64,000 nt of DNA, taken from the NCBI GenBank assembly GCA_965613025.1, contig CBFDUE010000001.1, positions 80,591 to 144,590 on the forward strand, in the 5' to 3' direction. A program made the translations under genes and the position numbers. The DNA comes from an uncultured bacterium. Lineage in GTDB: Bacteria > Desulfobacterota > DSM-4660 > Desulfatiglandales > JALVMZ01. Shown piece after piece: positions 18,399 through 27,396 of this stretch (within the stretch, counting starts at the first letter, position 1; every line of letters starts with the position of its first letter). A model generated the notes under the pieces. The model was given only the letters and a program-made list of their open reading frames with translations, searched no databases and was not told where the DNA came from.

Positions 18399-18698
18399 AT
18401 GAAGATAGAGAAAGAATTTAAGATTATTAACGAATTGGGGATCCATGCAAGGGTGGCAGTTAAGATTGTGGAGATTGCAAACTCATATACATCCTCATTA
18501 CTTATGAGGAAAGGGGATAGGGAGGTAGATGCAAAGAATATCCTATCCATACTCTCTTTGGGATGCCAAAAAGGGGATCTGGTCACATTTAAGGCGAATG
18601 GAGACGATGCAAAGCAGTTGATGGAGAGATTGAACCTATTTTTCAATGAAGAGATCCACAGAATTGAGGAGGACATAAAGAAGGGATGGAAAGACTAA
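18399..18698 (+). CDS. ptsH: Phosphocarrier protein HPr
   Basis: 99 aa. His-15 motif GIHARVA. The Ser-46 position reads AKN (Asn) rather than AKS. Confidence 0.85.
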   Translation: MKIEKEFKIINELGIHARVAVKIVEIANSYTSSLLMRKGDREVDAKNILSILSLGCQKGDLVTFKANGDDAKQLMERLNLFFNEEIHRIEEDIKKGWKD

Positions 18699-20443
18699 AA
18701 GGAATCCCTGCTTCCCAGGGAATAGTTATCGGAAAGGCTCATGTGATAGATAGGTCAAGTATTCACTTCTTCTATCACTATCTTATAAAAGAGGAGCAGG
18801 TAAAGAGGGAGATTGAACGATTTAAAGAGGCAATTGATAAGACCAGAGAGCAGATAGAGAGATTAAAAGAGAACCTTCCAGAAAACCTGAAAAGCTATTC
18901 CTATATCTTAGATAGCCATCTTCTTATCTTAAAAGATAAGATGTTCATAGATGCTGCAGTGGAGACTATAGAAAAGGATAAGATAAATGCAGAATGGGCC
19001 TTGAGCAGAGCAGTAAAGAATATTGAAAAGGTCTTTGATGAGATAAAAGACGAATACATAAAGGAACGCTACTTAGATGTTAAGGCAGTTGCAGATAGGA
19101 TTATGAGGAATCTAAGCGGATATACAGAGGATGATCTTTCCAATATCACTCAGAGAGTAATTATTGTGGCCCATGATCTATCACCTGTGGATACAAGTGA
19201 GATGGATATCGGTAAGGTAATGGGATTTATTACAGATGTGGGAGGTAAGACCTCCCATACCTCCATCATGGCCCAGGCATTAAATATTCCGGCAGTGGTG
19301 GGCCTTAAGGTTGCTACCATAAGAATAAATGATGGGGATCTTATTATCGTAGATGGATATAGCGGTGAGGTGATCATCTCCCCAGATGATAGCACCATAC
19401 TGGCCTATCAGGAAAAGGAACTGAACTATAAGATTTATGAATCACGGGTATTAAAAGAGAGCAAAAAACCTGCCTTTACATTGGATGGTCACAGAATAAA
19501 TGTCATGGCTAATATAGAATTCTTAGAGGAGGTGGTAACAGCAAAGGACTATGGGGCAGAGGGAATTGGACTCTATAGAACAGAGTTCCATTATCTAAGG
19601 AGTAAGGGGCTTCCAAATGAAGAGGAGCTATTTGAGGATTACAGAGAGGTGGCACAGTTAATCTATCCCTCCTCAGTGGTTATAAGAACCTTAGATCTTG
19701 GAGGAGATAAATTTGCATCCCATATCTCTTTTACTGAAGAGATTAATCCTGCGCTGGGACTAAGAGCCATAAGACTATGTCTACAACAACCTCATATATT
19801 CAAGACCCAGCTAAGGGCGATTCTAAGAGCCAGTGCCTATGGCAATATAAAGCTCATGTTCCCAATGATATCAGGAGTAAAGGAGATAATGGGAGCAAGA
19901 GAGATACTTCAAGAGACATCTCAAGAGCTGGAAAGGGAAGGCATAGAATACGACAAAAGCCTTAAAGTGGGAATTATGATAGAAATCCCTTCTGCTGTGA
20001 TGATAGCAGATATCCTTGCAAGATATGTGGATTTCTTTAGTATAGGAACCAATGACCTTATTCAATATGCACTTGCTATTGATAGGATAAATGAACAGAT
20101 ATCCTTTATGTATCAGCCATATCATCCTTCTCTTATAAGGATGCTCTTTGAGGTGGTGCAGGCCGCCTCAAGACAGGGTATAGAGATATCCCTTTGCGGT
20201 GAGATGGCAGGTGATCCTCTGTGCATACCTCTGCTTTTGGGATTGGGAATTACAGATCTAAGTATGAACCCAGCCAATATTCCAATAGTGAAGAGTCTTA
20301 TAAGGGCAATGTCCATGGAAGATGCAAGGCGGGATCTGGAAAACATAATGGATATGGAAACTGCTGAAGAGGTTAAAGACTATCTATATGATAAGATGAG
20401 TCCCCTACTACCCAAACCTGTTTTGGAGAGACTGAATGGATAA
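18686..20443 (+). CDS. ptsI: Phosphoenolpyruvate-protein phosphotransferase (PTS enzyme I)
   Basis: 585 aa. Phospho-His motif GGKTSHTSIMAQAL. PEP-binding barrel FFSIGTNDLIQY. Confidence 0.9.
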   Translation: MERLKGIPASQGIVIGKAHVIDRSSIHFFYHYLIKEEQVKREIERFKEAIDKTREQIERLKENLPENLKSYSYILDSHLLILKDKMFIDAAVETIEKDKINAEWALSRAVKNIEKVFDEIKDEYIKERYLDVKAVADRIMRNLSGYTEDDLSNITQRVIIVAHDLSPVDTSEMDIGKVMGFITDVGGKTSHTSIMAQALNIPAVVGLKVATIRINDGDLIIVDGYSGEVIISPDDSTILAYQEKELNYKIYESRVLKESKKPAFTLDGHRINVMANIEFLEEVVTAKDYGAEGIGLYRTEFHYLRSKGLPNEEELFEDYREVAQLIYPSSVVIRTLDLGGDKFASHISFTEEINPALGLRAIRLCLQQPHIFKTQLRAILRASAYGNIKLMFPMISGVKEIMGAREILQETSQELEREGIEYDKSLKVGIMIEIPSAVMIADILARYVDFFSIGTNDLIQYALAIDRINEQISFMYQPYHPSLIRMLFEVVQAASRQGIEISLCGEMAGDPLCIPLLLGLGITDLSMNPANIPIVKSLIRAMSMEDARRDLENIMDMETAEEVKDYLYDKMSPLLPKPVLERLNG

Positions 20444-20894
20444 TGAAAAGGTCATATGTTATAATAAAAAAGTAGCGCACGACTATGATCTCCATGAGAT
20501 CTATCAGGCAGGCATTGTCTTAAAAGGGCCTGAAGTAAAGAGTCTTAGGCTTGGAAAAGTCTCTCTGGTAGATAGTTACGCTAAGGTTAAAAAAGGTGAA
20601 GTCTTTTTATACAATATGCACATAGGCCCATATCCCTATACCCATCATACACATCTTGACCCCCGCAGACCCAGAAAGCTTCTGCTACATAAAAAAGAGA
20701 TCAAGAGACTGATTGGCAAGACCGAAGAGAGGGGGTTTACACTCATACCGGTGAGGCTCTACTTTAAGAATGGATGGGTAAAGGTGGATATCGCACTTGC
20801 CAAAGGAAAGAGGAAGGTGGACAAGAGAAGGGAGATAAAGGAGAGGGAATTAAAAAGGGAGATGGAATATTATAGAAAGAAGGGTTATTATTGA
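20436..20894 (+). CDS. smpB: SsrA-binding protein SmpB
   Basis: 152 aa. NKKVAHDY...GIVLKGPEVKSLR...RPRKLLLHKKEI. Directly upstream of the tmRNA. Confidence 0.95.
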   Translation: MDNEKVICYNKKVAHDYDLHEIYQAGIVLKGPEVKSLRLGKVSLVDSYAKVKKGEVFLYNMHIGPYPYTHHTHLDPRRPRKLLLHKKEIKRLIGKTEERGFTLIPVRLYFKNGWVKVDIALAKGKRKVDKRREIKERELKREMEYYRKKGYY

Positions 20895-20936
20895 CATAAC
20901 TTATTTGAGAAATTAAAATAAGATATAGATCTTTGA

Positions 20937-21295
20937 GGGGGCGTAACGGGTTCGACGGGGACAATTGAGGTTTAAGCTGCATGCCGAGTGCCATCTCCTC
21001 GTAATGAGATGGGTTTAACACAGATGCCGATGATTATGCATATGCTGTAGCCGCATAAAGAAGACGGCTACCGTCCTTCAGATCTTTCCTGCGGGTCTGA
21101 AAGGGCGTCGTTTAGCAGGATAGTCAACCTGAAATACCTGTGGTTCAGGTTGATGAAGGCTCTTCACAGGTTAGCGTTCGGAATATCCTGCCCGATGGAT
21201 CGTCCGAGCGCGAAAAATTTTAAAATCGGGCTAAGCATGTAGATGCTTAGGCTGAAGGTTCCCGGACGAGGGTTCGACTCCCTCCGCCTCCACCA
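20937..21295 (+). ncRNA. ssrA: tmRNA (SsrA)
   Basis: The 5' end is GGGGGCGTAACGGGTTCGACGGGG. The 3' T-arm is GAGGGTTCGACTCCCTC followed by CGCCTCCACCA. The acceptor stem includes a G3:U pair. The tag frame GCC GAT GAT TAT GCA TAT GCT GTA GCC GCA TAA (21026-21058) encodes ADDYAYAVAA*. Confidence 0.9.
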
Positions 21296-21442
21296 TAAAG
21301 ATGCAATAATTTCAACCTCTCTTCTATTTTCCAAAACTGATATCACAAAGAACCACTTTTTAGCACCGTTTTAAATTTATCTGTATATCTTTTCTCTTTT
21401 ATAGTATAAAAATTAGATTATCTTAATGGTATACTTTAATGT

Positions 21443-21937
21443 ATGGAAGATAAGACACTGATGAGAAGAGCTATTGAACTTATTAATAATTGTTATACAA
21501 TGACACTTGCAGTTTCAAACAAGAGGAAAGCATGGGCAACACCTGTCTATTATCTTTTTCACAAAGGGAATTTTTTCTTTTTCTCATCACCTAAATCCAG
21601 ACATATTGTTGATGGAATGGGTTGTTATGAAGTAGGAGCTTCCATATATCAAGACTCGCATTCCTGGCAAGAGATTAGAGGGATTCAAATGGCAGGAAAA
21701 ATCGAAATGATTAAGAATCCTTTATTAATAAATGAGGTATTTAAAAAATATCTAAAAAAATTTCCAACCACAAAGGAACTTATTCCTCTTTCTGTAAAAG
21801 ATATTACTGCCTTTTTAAAAAATTTTAGGGTCAAACTTTATTGTTTTATACCTATCATCATATATTACTTAGACAATGAGGTATACTTTGGATTCAGAAA
21901 AGAGATTAATCTTAATGAATTTTCATCCTTAAAATAA
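21443..21937 (+). CDS. Possible pyridoxamine-5'-phosphate-oxidase-like (FMN-binding split barrel) protein
   Basis: 164 aa. AIELINNCYTMTLAV...ATPVYYLF...FFFFSSPKSRH resembles the general PNPOx-like pattern. Weak call. Confidence 0.4.
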   Translation: MEDKTLMRRAIELINNCYTMTLAVSNKRKAWATPVYYLFHKGNFFFFSSPKSRHIVDGMGCYEVGASIYQDSHSWQEIRGIQMAGKIEMIKNPLLINEVFKKYLKKFPTTKELIPLSVKDITAFLKNFRVKLYCFIPIIIYYLDNEVYFGFRKEINLNEFSSLK

Positions 21938-22013
21938 TAGCATGAGAAAGATCGAAAAACATATGCTAAAAGGGATATTTATTACCTATAACATGTCATA
22001 AAACAACACAAAT

Positions 22014-22049
22014 TAAAAAGGCCAACCTAAAAGAAGGTTGGCCTTTTTA
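22014..22049. terminator. Bidirectional rho-independent terminator between convergent genes
   Basis: AAAAA-GGCCAACC-TAAAAGAA-GGTTGGCC-TTTTT: a perfect 8-bp GC-rich stem flanked by an A-run and a T-run. Confidence 0.8.
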
Positions 22050-22070
22050 TAAAGATTCTTTTGAGAAATT

Positions 22071-23717
22071 CTATTTAATAGGTTTTTCTTCCAGCTGTTT
22101 TTTAAGGACCTTTTTGTCAATCTTACCAGAGTCACCCACAGTGGGAAGCTGATCCACCACTTCCAATCTCTCTGGAAGCTTATACATGGCAAGCTTTTTA
22201 GACTTTAAAAAATCTACCATCTCATCAAAGGTGAAAGTCTCACCAGGTTTTGGAACCACAAAGGCACACGCTCTCTCTCCCATCTCTTTATCGGGATACC
22301 CCACGATGGCCACACTTGCCACTTTGGGATGTTCATTTAAAAGACCTTCAATTTCTGCAGGATAGATATTCTGCCCTCCCCTTATTATCATATCCTTGGC
22401 TCTTCCCATAATCAGAAGGCATCCCTGCTCCCATCTGACGATATCCCCAGTGGTTGCCCATCCCTCTGGATCAAAGACCGTGCTGGTTAGCTCCTCATCT
22501 CTGTAATATCCGGCAGGACTATGAGGTCCTCTAAACCAAAGTTGACCTGGTTCCCCCTCTGGAACCTCCTTTCCGTCTTCATCTAAAAGTCTGACTCTGT
22601 TACCTGGAAGCGGCCTTCCTACAGTTCTTCTTCTAAGCTCTGGAGGATCTTCCACCCTGCAACCTGATATGGATCCCACATCCTGGGTTCCAAGGTCACT
22701 GGTAATCACAGCACCAAATGCGGCTTCTGCCTCCTGTGCCAATTGGGGAGATAGATATCCACCCGCAGATCTAATAAATCTAAGTGAACTCATATCATAT
22801 TTATCAACCCCTGCATCCAGCATTCTTACAAGATGAGTTGGCACTACTCCGATTGCAGTGGCCTTTTCCTTTTCAATAAGCTCCAATGCCCCTTCAGGAC
22901 TGAACTCTTCGAGCATCACTGTCTTTGCTCCTACCACAGGAGCTGCAAAATAGGTAAGGGTTCCCGCTGCCCCTCCTGCATGGGGTGCGATGGCCATGGT
23001 GATATCATCCTTGGTTAGGCTCCATATATCCACCCTTGCCTTTGAGGTGCAGAGCCTGGGGGCTATAGGCCATTCCACCAGCTTTGGTAGTCCCGTGGTC
23101 CCTGTGGTAGTGGTGAGGATTGCCACATTCCAAAGGGGGTCCAGCCTTCTTTTTTGTAATTCTTCAAGATCTATGTCCTTTTCTGCCCTTTCCTTTGCCA
23201 TGGTGGTAAGGGAATAGGTATCAGATGGGGCACCTTCTGGAACTGTATCATCAAACAGGAATATGTATTTCAAAGACTTAAATCTCTCTTTTAGCCCCCT
23301 ATACATCTCAAGATAGTTGAATTTTCTGTATATACTTGGAATTACAACAGCAGTTGCCTCTGTTCTTTCGACCATATATTCCAGTTCTCTTTCCCTTAGA
23401 TATGGATATACCGTAAGGGAGATGAGGCCTGCTCTTTCTGCTGCTATTCTGGATAAAAACCCATAAACGCTATTAGGAGATTGGATTATTATTCTTGAAA
23501 ATTTAGGTATTCCCATCTCAACCCAGAGCATAGCGATTGCATCTGCAAGCCTCTTCGCCTCGGCCCAGGTGACCCTGTATCGGGAGTCCACCAGCGCCTC
23601 TCTATCTCCCAGCTCTTTTGCATTTCTTTCATAGAAATCAAAAAAGGTCTCCTGGGTCCAATATCCATCCTTTAAAAATTCATTTACCATCTTCTCTGTA
23701 TATCTTATGGGCTTCAT
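22071..23717 (-). CDS. AMP-forming aryl/alicyclic-acid CoA ligase (EntE/AliA-like adenylating enzyme)
   Basis: 548 aa. The N-terminus (EFLKDGYWTQETFFDFYERNA...) is like EntE and cyclohexanecarboxylate-CoA ligase. AMP-binding motif TTTTGTTGLPKLV, plus GWATTGD and a C-terminal lysine region. Confidence 0.8.
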   Translation of the reverse strand: MKPIRYTEKMVNEFLKDGYWTQETFFDFYERNAKELGDREALVDSRYRVTWAEAKRLADAIAMLWVEMGIPKFSRIIIQSPNSVYGFLSRIAAERAGLISLTVYPYLRERELEYMVERTEATAVVIPSIYRKFNYLEMYRGLKERFKSLKYIFLFDDTVPEGAPSDTYSLTTMAKERAEKDIDLEELQKRRLDPLWNVAILTTTTGTTGLPKLVEWPIAPRLCTSKARVDIWSLTKDDITMAIAPHAGGAAGTLTYFAAPVVGAKTVMLEEFSPEGALELIEKEKATAIGVVPTHLVRMLDAGVDKYDMSSLRFIRSAGGYLSPQLAQEAEAAFGAVITSDLGTQDVGSISGCRVEDPPELRRRTVGRPLPGNRVRLLDEDGKEVPEGEPGQLWFRGPHSPAGYYRDEELTSTVFDPEGWATTGDIVRWEQGCLLIMGRAKDMIIRGGQNIYPAEIEGLLNEHPKVASVAIVGYPDKEMGERACAFVVPKPGETFTFDEMVDFLKSKKLAMYKLPERLEVVDQLPTVGDSGKIDKKVLKKQLEEKPIK

Positions 23718-23744
23718 ATAGTGCCTCCCAATGTAATTTTTTTG

Positions 23745-25148
23745 TTAATCAAGGCCAAGCTCCTTCCACCTGCCCTCGATCCTCTTTACAATTTCAGGGT
23801 CAAGTTCTATAGGAATTGGTTTCTCCTTCCATTCATAGGGGATAGTTGCATCAATAAGGAGTCTTCCAGTGATTTCCCTTGCCTCAATGGGTAGAGATGG
23901 GTCAAGGGGGGTAGATCTTCCTCTTCTAATGATCTCACATCTATTAGGTTGAGCCCTGAATGCCAAAGCATATAGGACCCTTGGAATATCCCAAGGATCA
24001 ATATCATCATCAACCACAATTACTGTCTTAAGTCCATAAGCGCCCATCTCTGTGGATATGGCAGCGGTGAGCACCTGATTAGCATGTCCAGGATACATGG
24101 TTTTAACAGATATGATGGCAATAAATCTACCGGCTCCTTCAGGAGGGCAATATACGGCCTTAATCCCTGGAATCTTCATGGCAGTTAGCTGCTGCCAAAG
24201 GGTTGCGCCATAGGTAAGTGCCATGGTCATGTGGGTGTCAGTTACGGCCCTTCCCACGGTTGTTGCCTGAAATATGGGATTATTTCTGAAAGTAACACAC
24301 TTTACCTCAATATAGTTTCGTGGGGTGGTGCCAATTCCTGAATAATAGCCTGTATATTCACCAAAAGGGCCTTCTGGCATCGTCTTTTCAGGATCCACTA
24401 TTCCTTCAACCACAATCTCAGCCGTGGCAGGGACAGGTAGATCACAAGTTTCACATTTTACTACCTCAATGGGCTTCCCCCTTATGGAGCCAGCAAGATC
24501 ATACTCACATTCAAAGGCAGATACTCTGGCCGCGCCCATCAAAAAGAGCAGAGGATCCCCACCAATTACTACTGCCACAGGCATGGGTTTTCCCAATGCC
24601 TGATATTTCTTAAGCATGATATCTGCATGTTTTCCTTTAATAAATTGAGTTCCAAGTGTATTTTTATTTAGCAACTGCAATCTATATGTCCCTAAGTTGA
24701 CCCAATCGCTATCAGGATCTTTTGTCACCACAAAATGGGCAGTTCCAAAATATCTTCCCCCGTCTTTGGGATAGAATTTAGGGACAGGGAACTTGAACAG
24801 ATCCACTTCATCCCCTTCCATCTTGTTCTCCTTACATGGCCCATTATCTACCCAAGCAGGCGGGATCTTCTGCTCATTCTTTTCCACCCACAGTCTCATA
24901 AGATCCACAAGGTTAGAGTCCAATGGAATTCCCATAATAAAAGAGAGTCGCTCAGTGGTAGTATAGACACTAGTTAAAACCGGAGAATTATAGCCCTTAA
25001 CATTCTCAAACAGCAGTGCTGGCCCACCTCTCTCTTCATTGAGTTTGGCAATATGGGAGAGCTCCAGATCCCAGTCTACTTCTGCCTTAATCCTTTTAAG
25101 AAGCCCCCTGCTTTCTGCCTGCTCTATAAACTCCCTCAGGTCCTTCAT
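23745..25148 (-). CDS. UbiD-family (prFMN-dependent) (de)carboxylase
   Basis: 467 aa. MKDLREFIEQAESRGLLKRIKAEVDWDLELSHIAKL...GGPALLFENVKGY is a typical UbiD N-terminus. It lies 27 nt upstream of the ligase gene. Confidence 0.85.
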   Translation of the reverse strand: MKDLREFIEQAESRGLLKRIKAEVDWDLELSHIAKLNEERGGPALLFENVKGYNSPVLTSVYTTTERLSFIMGIPLDSNLVDLMRLWVEKNEQKIPPAWVDNGPCKENKMEGDEVDLFKFPVPKFYPKDGGRYFGTAHFVVTKDPDSDWVNLGTYRLQLLNKNTLGTQFIKGKHADIMLKKYQALGKPMPVAVVIGGDPLLFLMGAARVSAFECEYDLAGSIRGKPIEVVKCETCDLPVPATAEIVVEGIVDPEKTMPEGPFGEYTGYYSGIGTTPRNYIEVKCVTFRNNPIFQATTVGRAVTDTHMTMALTYGATLWQQLTAMKIPGIKAVYCPPEGAGRFIAIISVKTMYPGHANQVLTAAISTEMGAYGLKTVIVVDDDIDPWDIPRVLYALAFRAQPNRCEIIRRGRSTPLDPSLPIEAREITGRLLIDATIPYEWKEKPIPIELDPEIVKRIEGRWKELGLD

Positions 25149-25221
25149 ATATGCCCTCCTTTCTTCAAAAATGATTATACTTTTTGAAATAAAATTTTAT
25201 TGAATTGTCAAAATAAAAAAT

Positions 25222-25250
25222 GTTAATAGCAATTTACAAAAAGTTAATAG
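25222..25250. promoter_or_regulatory. Candidate operator: two GTTAATAG direct repeats 21 nt apart in the UbiD/LysR divergent spacer
   Basis: GTTAATAG at 25222-25229 and 25243-25250. The AT palindrome AATAAAATTTTATT at 25188-25201 is nearby. AT-rich context, so significance is low. Confidence 0.25.
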
Positions 25251-25260
25251 GCAAAAGATC

Positions 25261-26190
25261 ATGATTCTTAATATGAATCAATTAAGGGCATTTTATCTTG
25301 CGGCAAAGCTAAGAAGTATTGCAAAGGCAGCGCAGGAGCTTATGGTAACACCTCCGGCGGTAAGCAAACAGATCAGACAGCTTGAAGAATCCTTGGGGCT
25401 TAAATTACTTTACAGAGATGGGAATTCCATAAAGCTAACGGAGATAGGGAATTCCATATTTAAGAGGAGCAAAGATATATTTGGAAAGATAGAGGAGATG
25501 GAAAGCTACTTTGAGGACCTAACCACTGCAAAGACAGGAGAGCTTAGGATAGGTTGCACACAGACACCTGCAAAGTATATAATGCCAGCGCTGATAGCCA
25601 GATTTAAGGATAACTATCCAGGGATTAAGATAGTGCTGGATCAGGGGACCAGCTCAGAGATGATCCATAATATCTTAAATAATATCAATGAGCTCGCGCT
25701 TATGCGTTATAGGCCCAATGAAAAGAGGCTAAAGGTAAAGGTGATAAGGGAGGAGGAATTGATTCTGATTGCTGCAAGACACAGCAGGCACATAAATACA
25801 AAAGAGATATCCATATCAGAGCTTTCCTACATACCCCTTATTGTCCCCAAGGAAGGTTCAGGGATCAGGGATGCTATCTTTGAATATCTTTCAAAGTTCA
25901 AGATAAGACCCAATGTGGGTATGGAATCAGGAAGTGTGGATCTGATAAAGGAGATGGTTCGTCAGGATAAGGGGGTGAGTTTCCTGGAAAGATATGTGGT
26001 GGAAGAAGAGCTTAAAAGAGGATTTCTTAAGGCAGTGGGGATACTCGAAGGTTCTCCTAAGATTGAACTTGGAGTCGGATACCTTCAAAGGAGACACCTC
26101 TCTCCGCCTGCATGGGCCTTTTTAAGGATGCTTGAAAACCTTAAAAATTCCATCTCCTTAAATTTAGATGAAAAACAGAGGAAGGGATAA
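25261..26190 (+). CDS. LysR-family transcriptional regulator (paralog 1)
   Basis: 309 aa. wHTH N-terminus MNQLRAFYLAAKLRSIAKAAQELMVTPPAVSKQIRQLE. Divergent from the UbiD-ligase operon. Confidence 0.9.
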   Translation: MILNMNQLRAFYLAAKLRSIAKAAQELMVTPPAVSKQIRQLEESLGLKLLYRDGNSIKLTEIGNSIFKRSKDIFGKIEEMESYFEDLTTAKTGELRIGCTQTPAKYIMPALIARFKDNYPGIKIVLDQGTSSEMIHNILNNINELALMRYRPNEKRLKVKVIREEELILIAARHSRHINTKEISISELSYIPLIVPKEGSGIRDAIFEYLSKFKIRPNVGMESGSVDLIKEMVRQDKGVSFLERYVVEEELKRGFLKAVGILEGSPKIELGVGYLQRRHLSPPAWAFLRMLENLKNSISLNLDEKQRKG

Positions 26191-26193
26191 TTT

Positions 26194-27396
26194 ATGAAGA
26201 ATTCAGATAGATTTATAGTGATAATAGGAACATTTGATAGCAAAGGCAGAGAACACCAATTTTTAAAAGAGGCCGTGGAAAAGAGAGGATTTAAAACCTA
26301 CAGCATAAATGTGGGAACAGGTGCACCTTCTACCTTTCCATGTGATAGGGATCTATTTGAAGAACTGTTTAGGAAAAGACCACAAGATCGGGATCTTGCA
26401 ATAAAAAAGAGTATGGAGAAGGCCATAGAGATCCTAAAAGACCTCCAAAAAGAGCAGAGAATTGCCGGGATTATATCCGCTGGAGGAGGAACTGGAACCC
26501 ATATTTCCACAACCATTATGAGTTCCTTACCTGTAGGAGTTCCCAAAGTTATGGTATCCACAGTGGCATCTAAAAATATGAAAGAGATAGTGGGCACAAA
26601 GGACATAACCATGATACACAGTGTGACTGACATACTGGGTATAAACAGTATTCTGGGAAGGATCTTGGATATGGCAGCAGGCGCAGTCTGTGGAATGGCT
26701 GAGCCCAAATGGAATCCCAGATCAGATAAAAAAAGGATTGCGCTTACCATGTTTGGATTTATAGATAGTGGTGCTCATAAGATAAAGGATTGTCTGGAAG
26801 ATATGGAATATGAGGTGGTGGCGTTTCATGCAAATGGAACAGGTGGAATGGCCATGGAAGCACTAGCAAGGGATGGGTTTTTTGATGCCATCTTAGATCT
26901 TGCTACCCATGAGCTTGCTGATGAGCTATTGAAAGGTTATTGTAGTGGCATAGGGCCAGAGAGATTAGATCCTCCCTCAGAAAATCCTATACCAAGGCTT
27001 GTGGTTCCAGGGGGGTTAGATTGTGCTGTGCTTGAATTTACAAGGAAAAATATCCCTTCCATATACAGAGATAGAAAGATATTTTTCTATGATTTTAGAT
27101 CTGGAATCAGATTAAATGAAGATGAGACAAGGGCTGTGGCACAATGGCTTTCAGAAAAATTGAACAAGGCTCCCAATCACACTAAGATTCTTATTCCATT
27201 AAAAGGATGGTCAGAGGCGGATCGTGAAGGAGGCCCATTATATGATCCCAAGATGAGGGATATATTCATCAGCACGCTTAAAGAGAGGCTAAATCCAGTA
27301 ATTGAGATAATTGAGGTTGAATTTCATATAAATGATGATGGATTTGCTCGCCTTGCATCTGATATTATGATCCATATGATGGAAGGGAAGAGATGA
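26194..27396 (+). CDS. UPF0261 family protein (Tm-1-like ATP-binding domain), copy 1
   Basis: 400 aa. FIVIIGTFDSKGREHQFLKEAVEKRG..., GIISAGGGTGTHIST and PKVMVSTVAS fit my memory of UPF0261/PF06792. It starts 3 nt after LysR-1 and overlaps LysR-2 by ATGA. Confidence 0.7.
   Translation: MKNSDRFIVIIGTFDSKGREHQFLKEAVEKRGFKTYSINVGTGAPSTFPCDRDLFEELFRKRPQDRDLAIKKSMEKAIEILKDLQKEQRIAGIISAGGGTGTHISTTIMSSLPVGVPKVMVSTVASKNMKEIVGTKDITMIHSVTDILGINSILGRILDMAAGAVCGMAEPKWNPRSDKKRIALTMFGFIDSGAHKIKDCLEDMEYEVVAFHANGTGGMAMEALARDGFFDAILDLATHELADELLKGYCSGIGPERLDPPSENPIPRLVVPGGLDCAVLEFTRKNIPSIYRDRKIFFYDFRSGIRLNEDETRAVAQWLSEKLNKAPNHTKILIPLKGWSEADREGGPLYDPKMRDIFISTLKERLNPVIEIIEVEFHINDDGFARLASDIMIHMMEGKR

Noticed and set aside
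21164-21346. 60-aa minus-strand ORF.
   Set aside because: It lies antisense within the 3' part of the tmRNA gene.
21296-21442. attL/attR and integrase evidence for a tmRNA-targeted genomic island.
   Set aside because: There is no integrase ORF anywhere in the window. I saw no second copy of the ssrA 3' end at candidate right boundaries (42.9, 44.4, 45.1 kb). I kept this only as a low-interest hypothesis.
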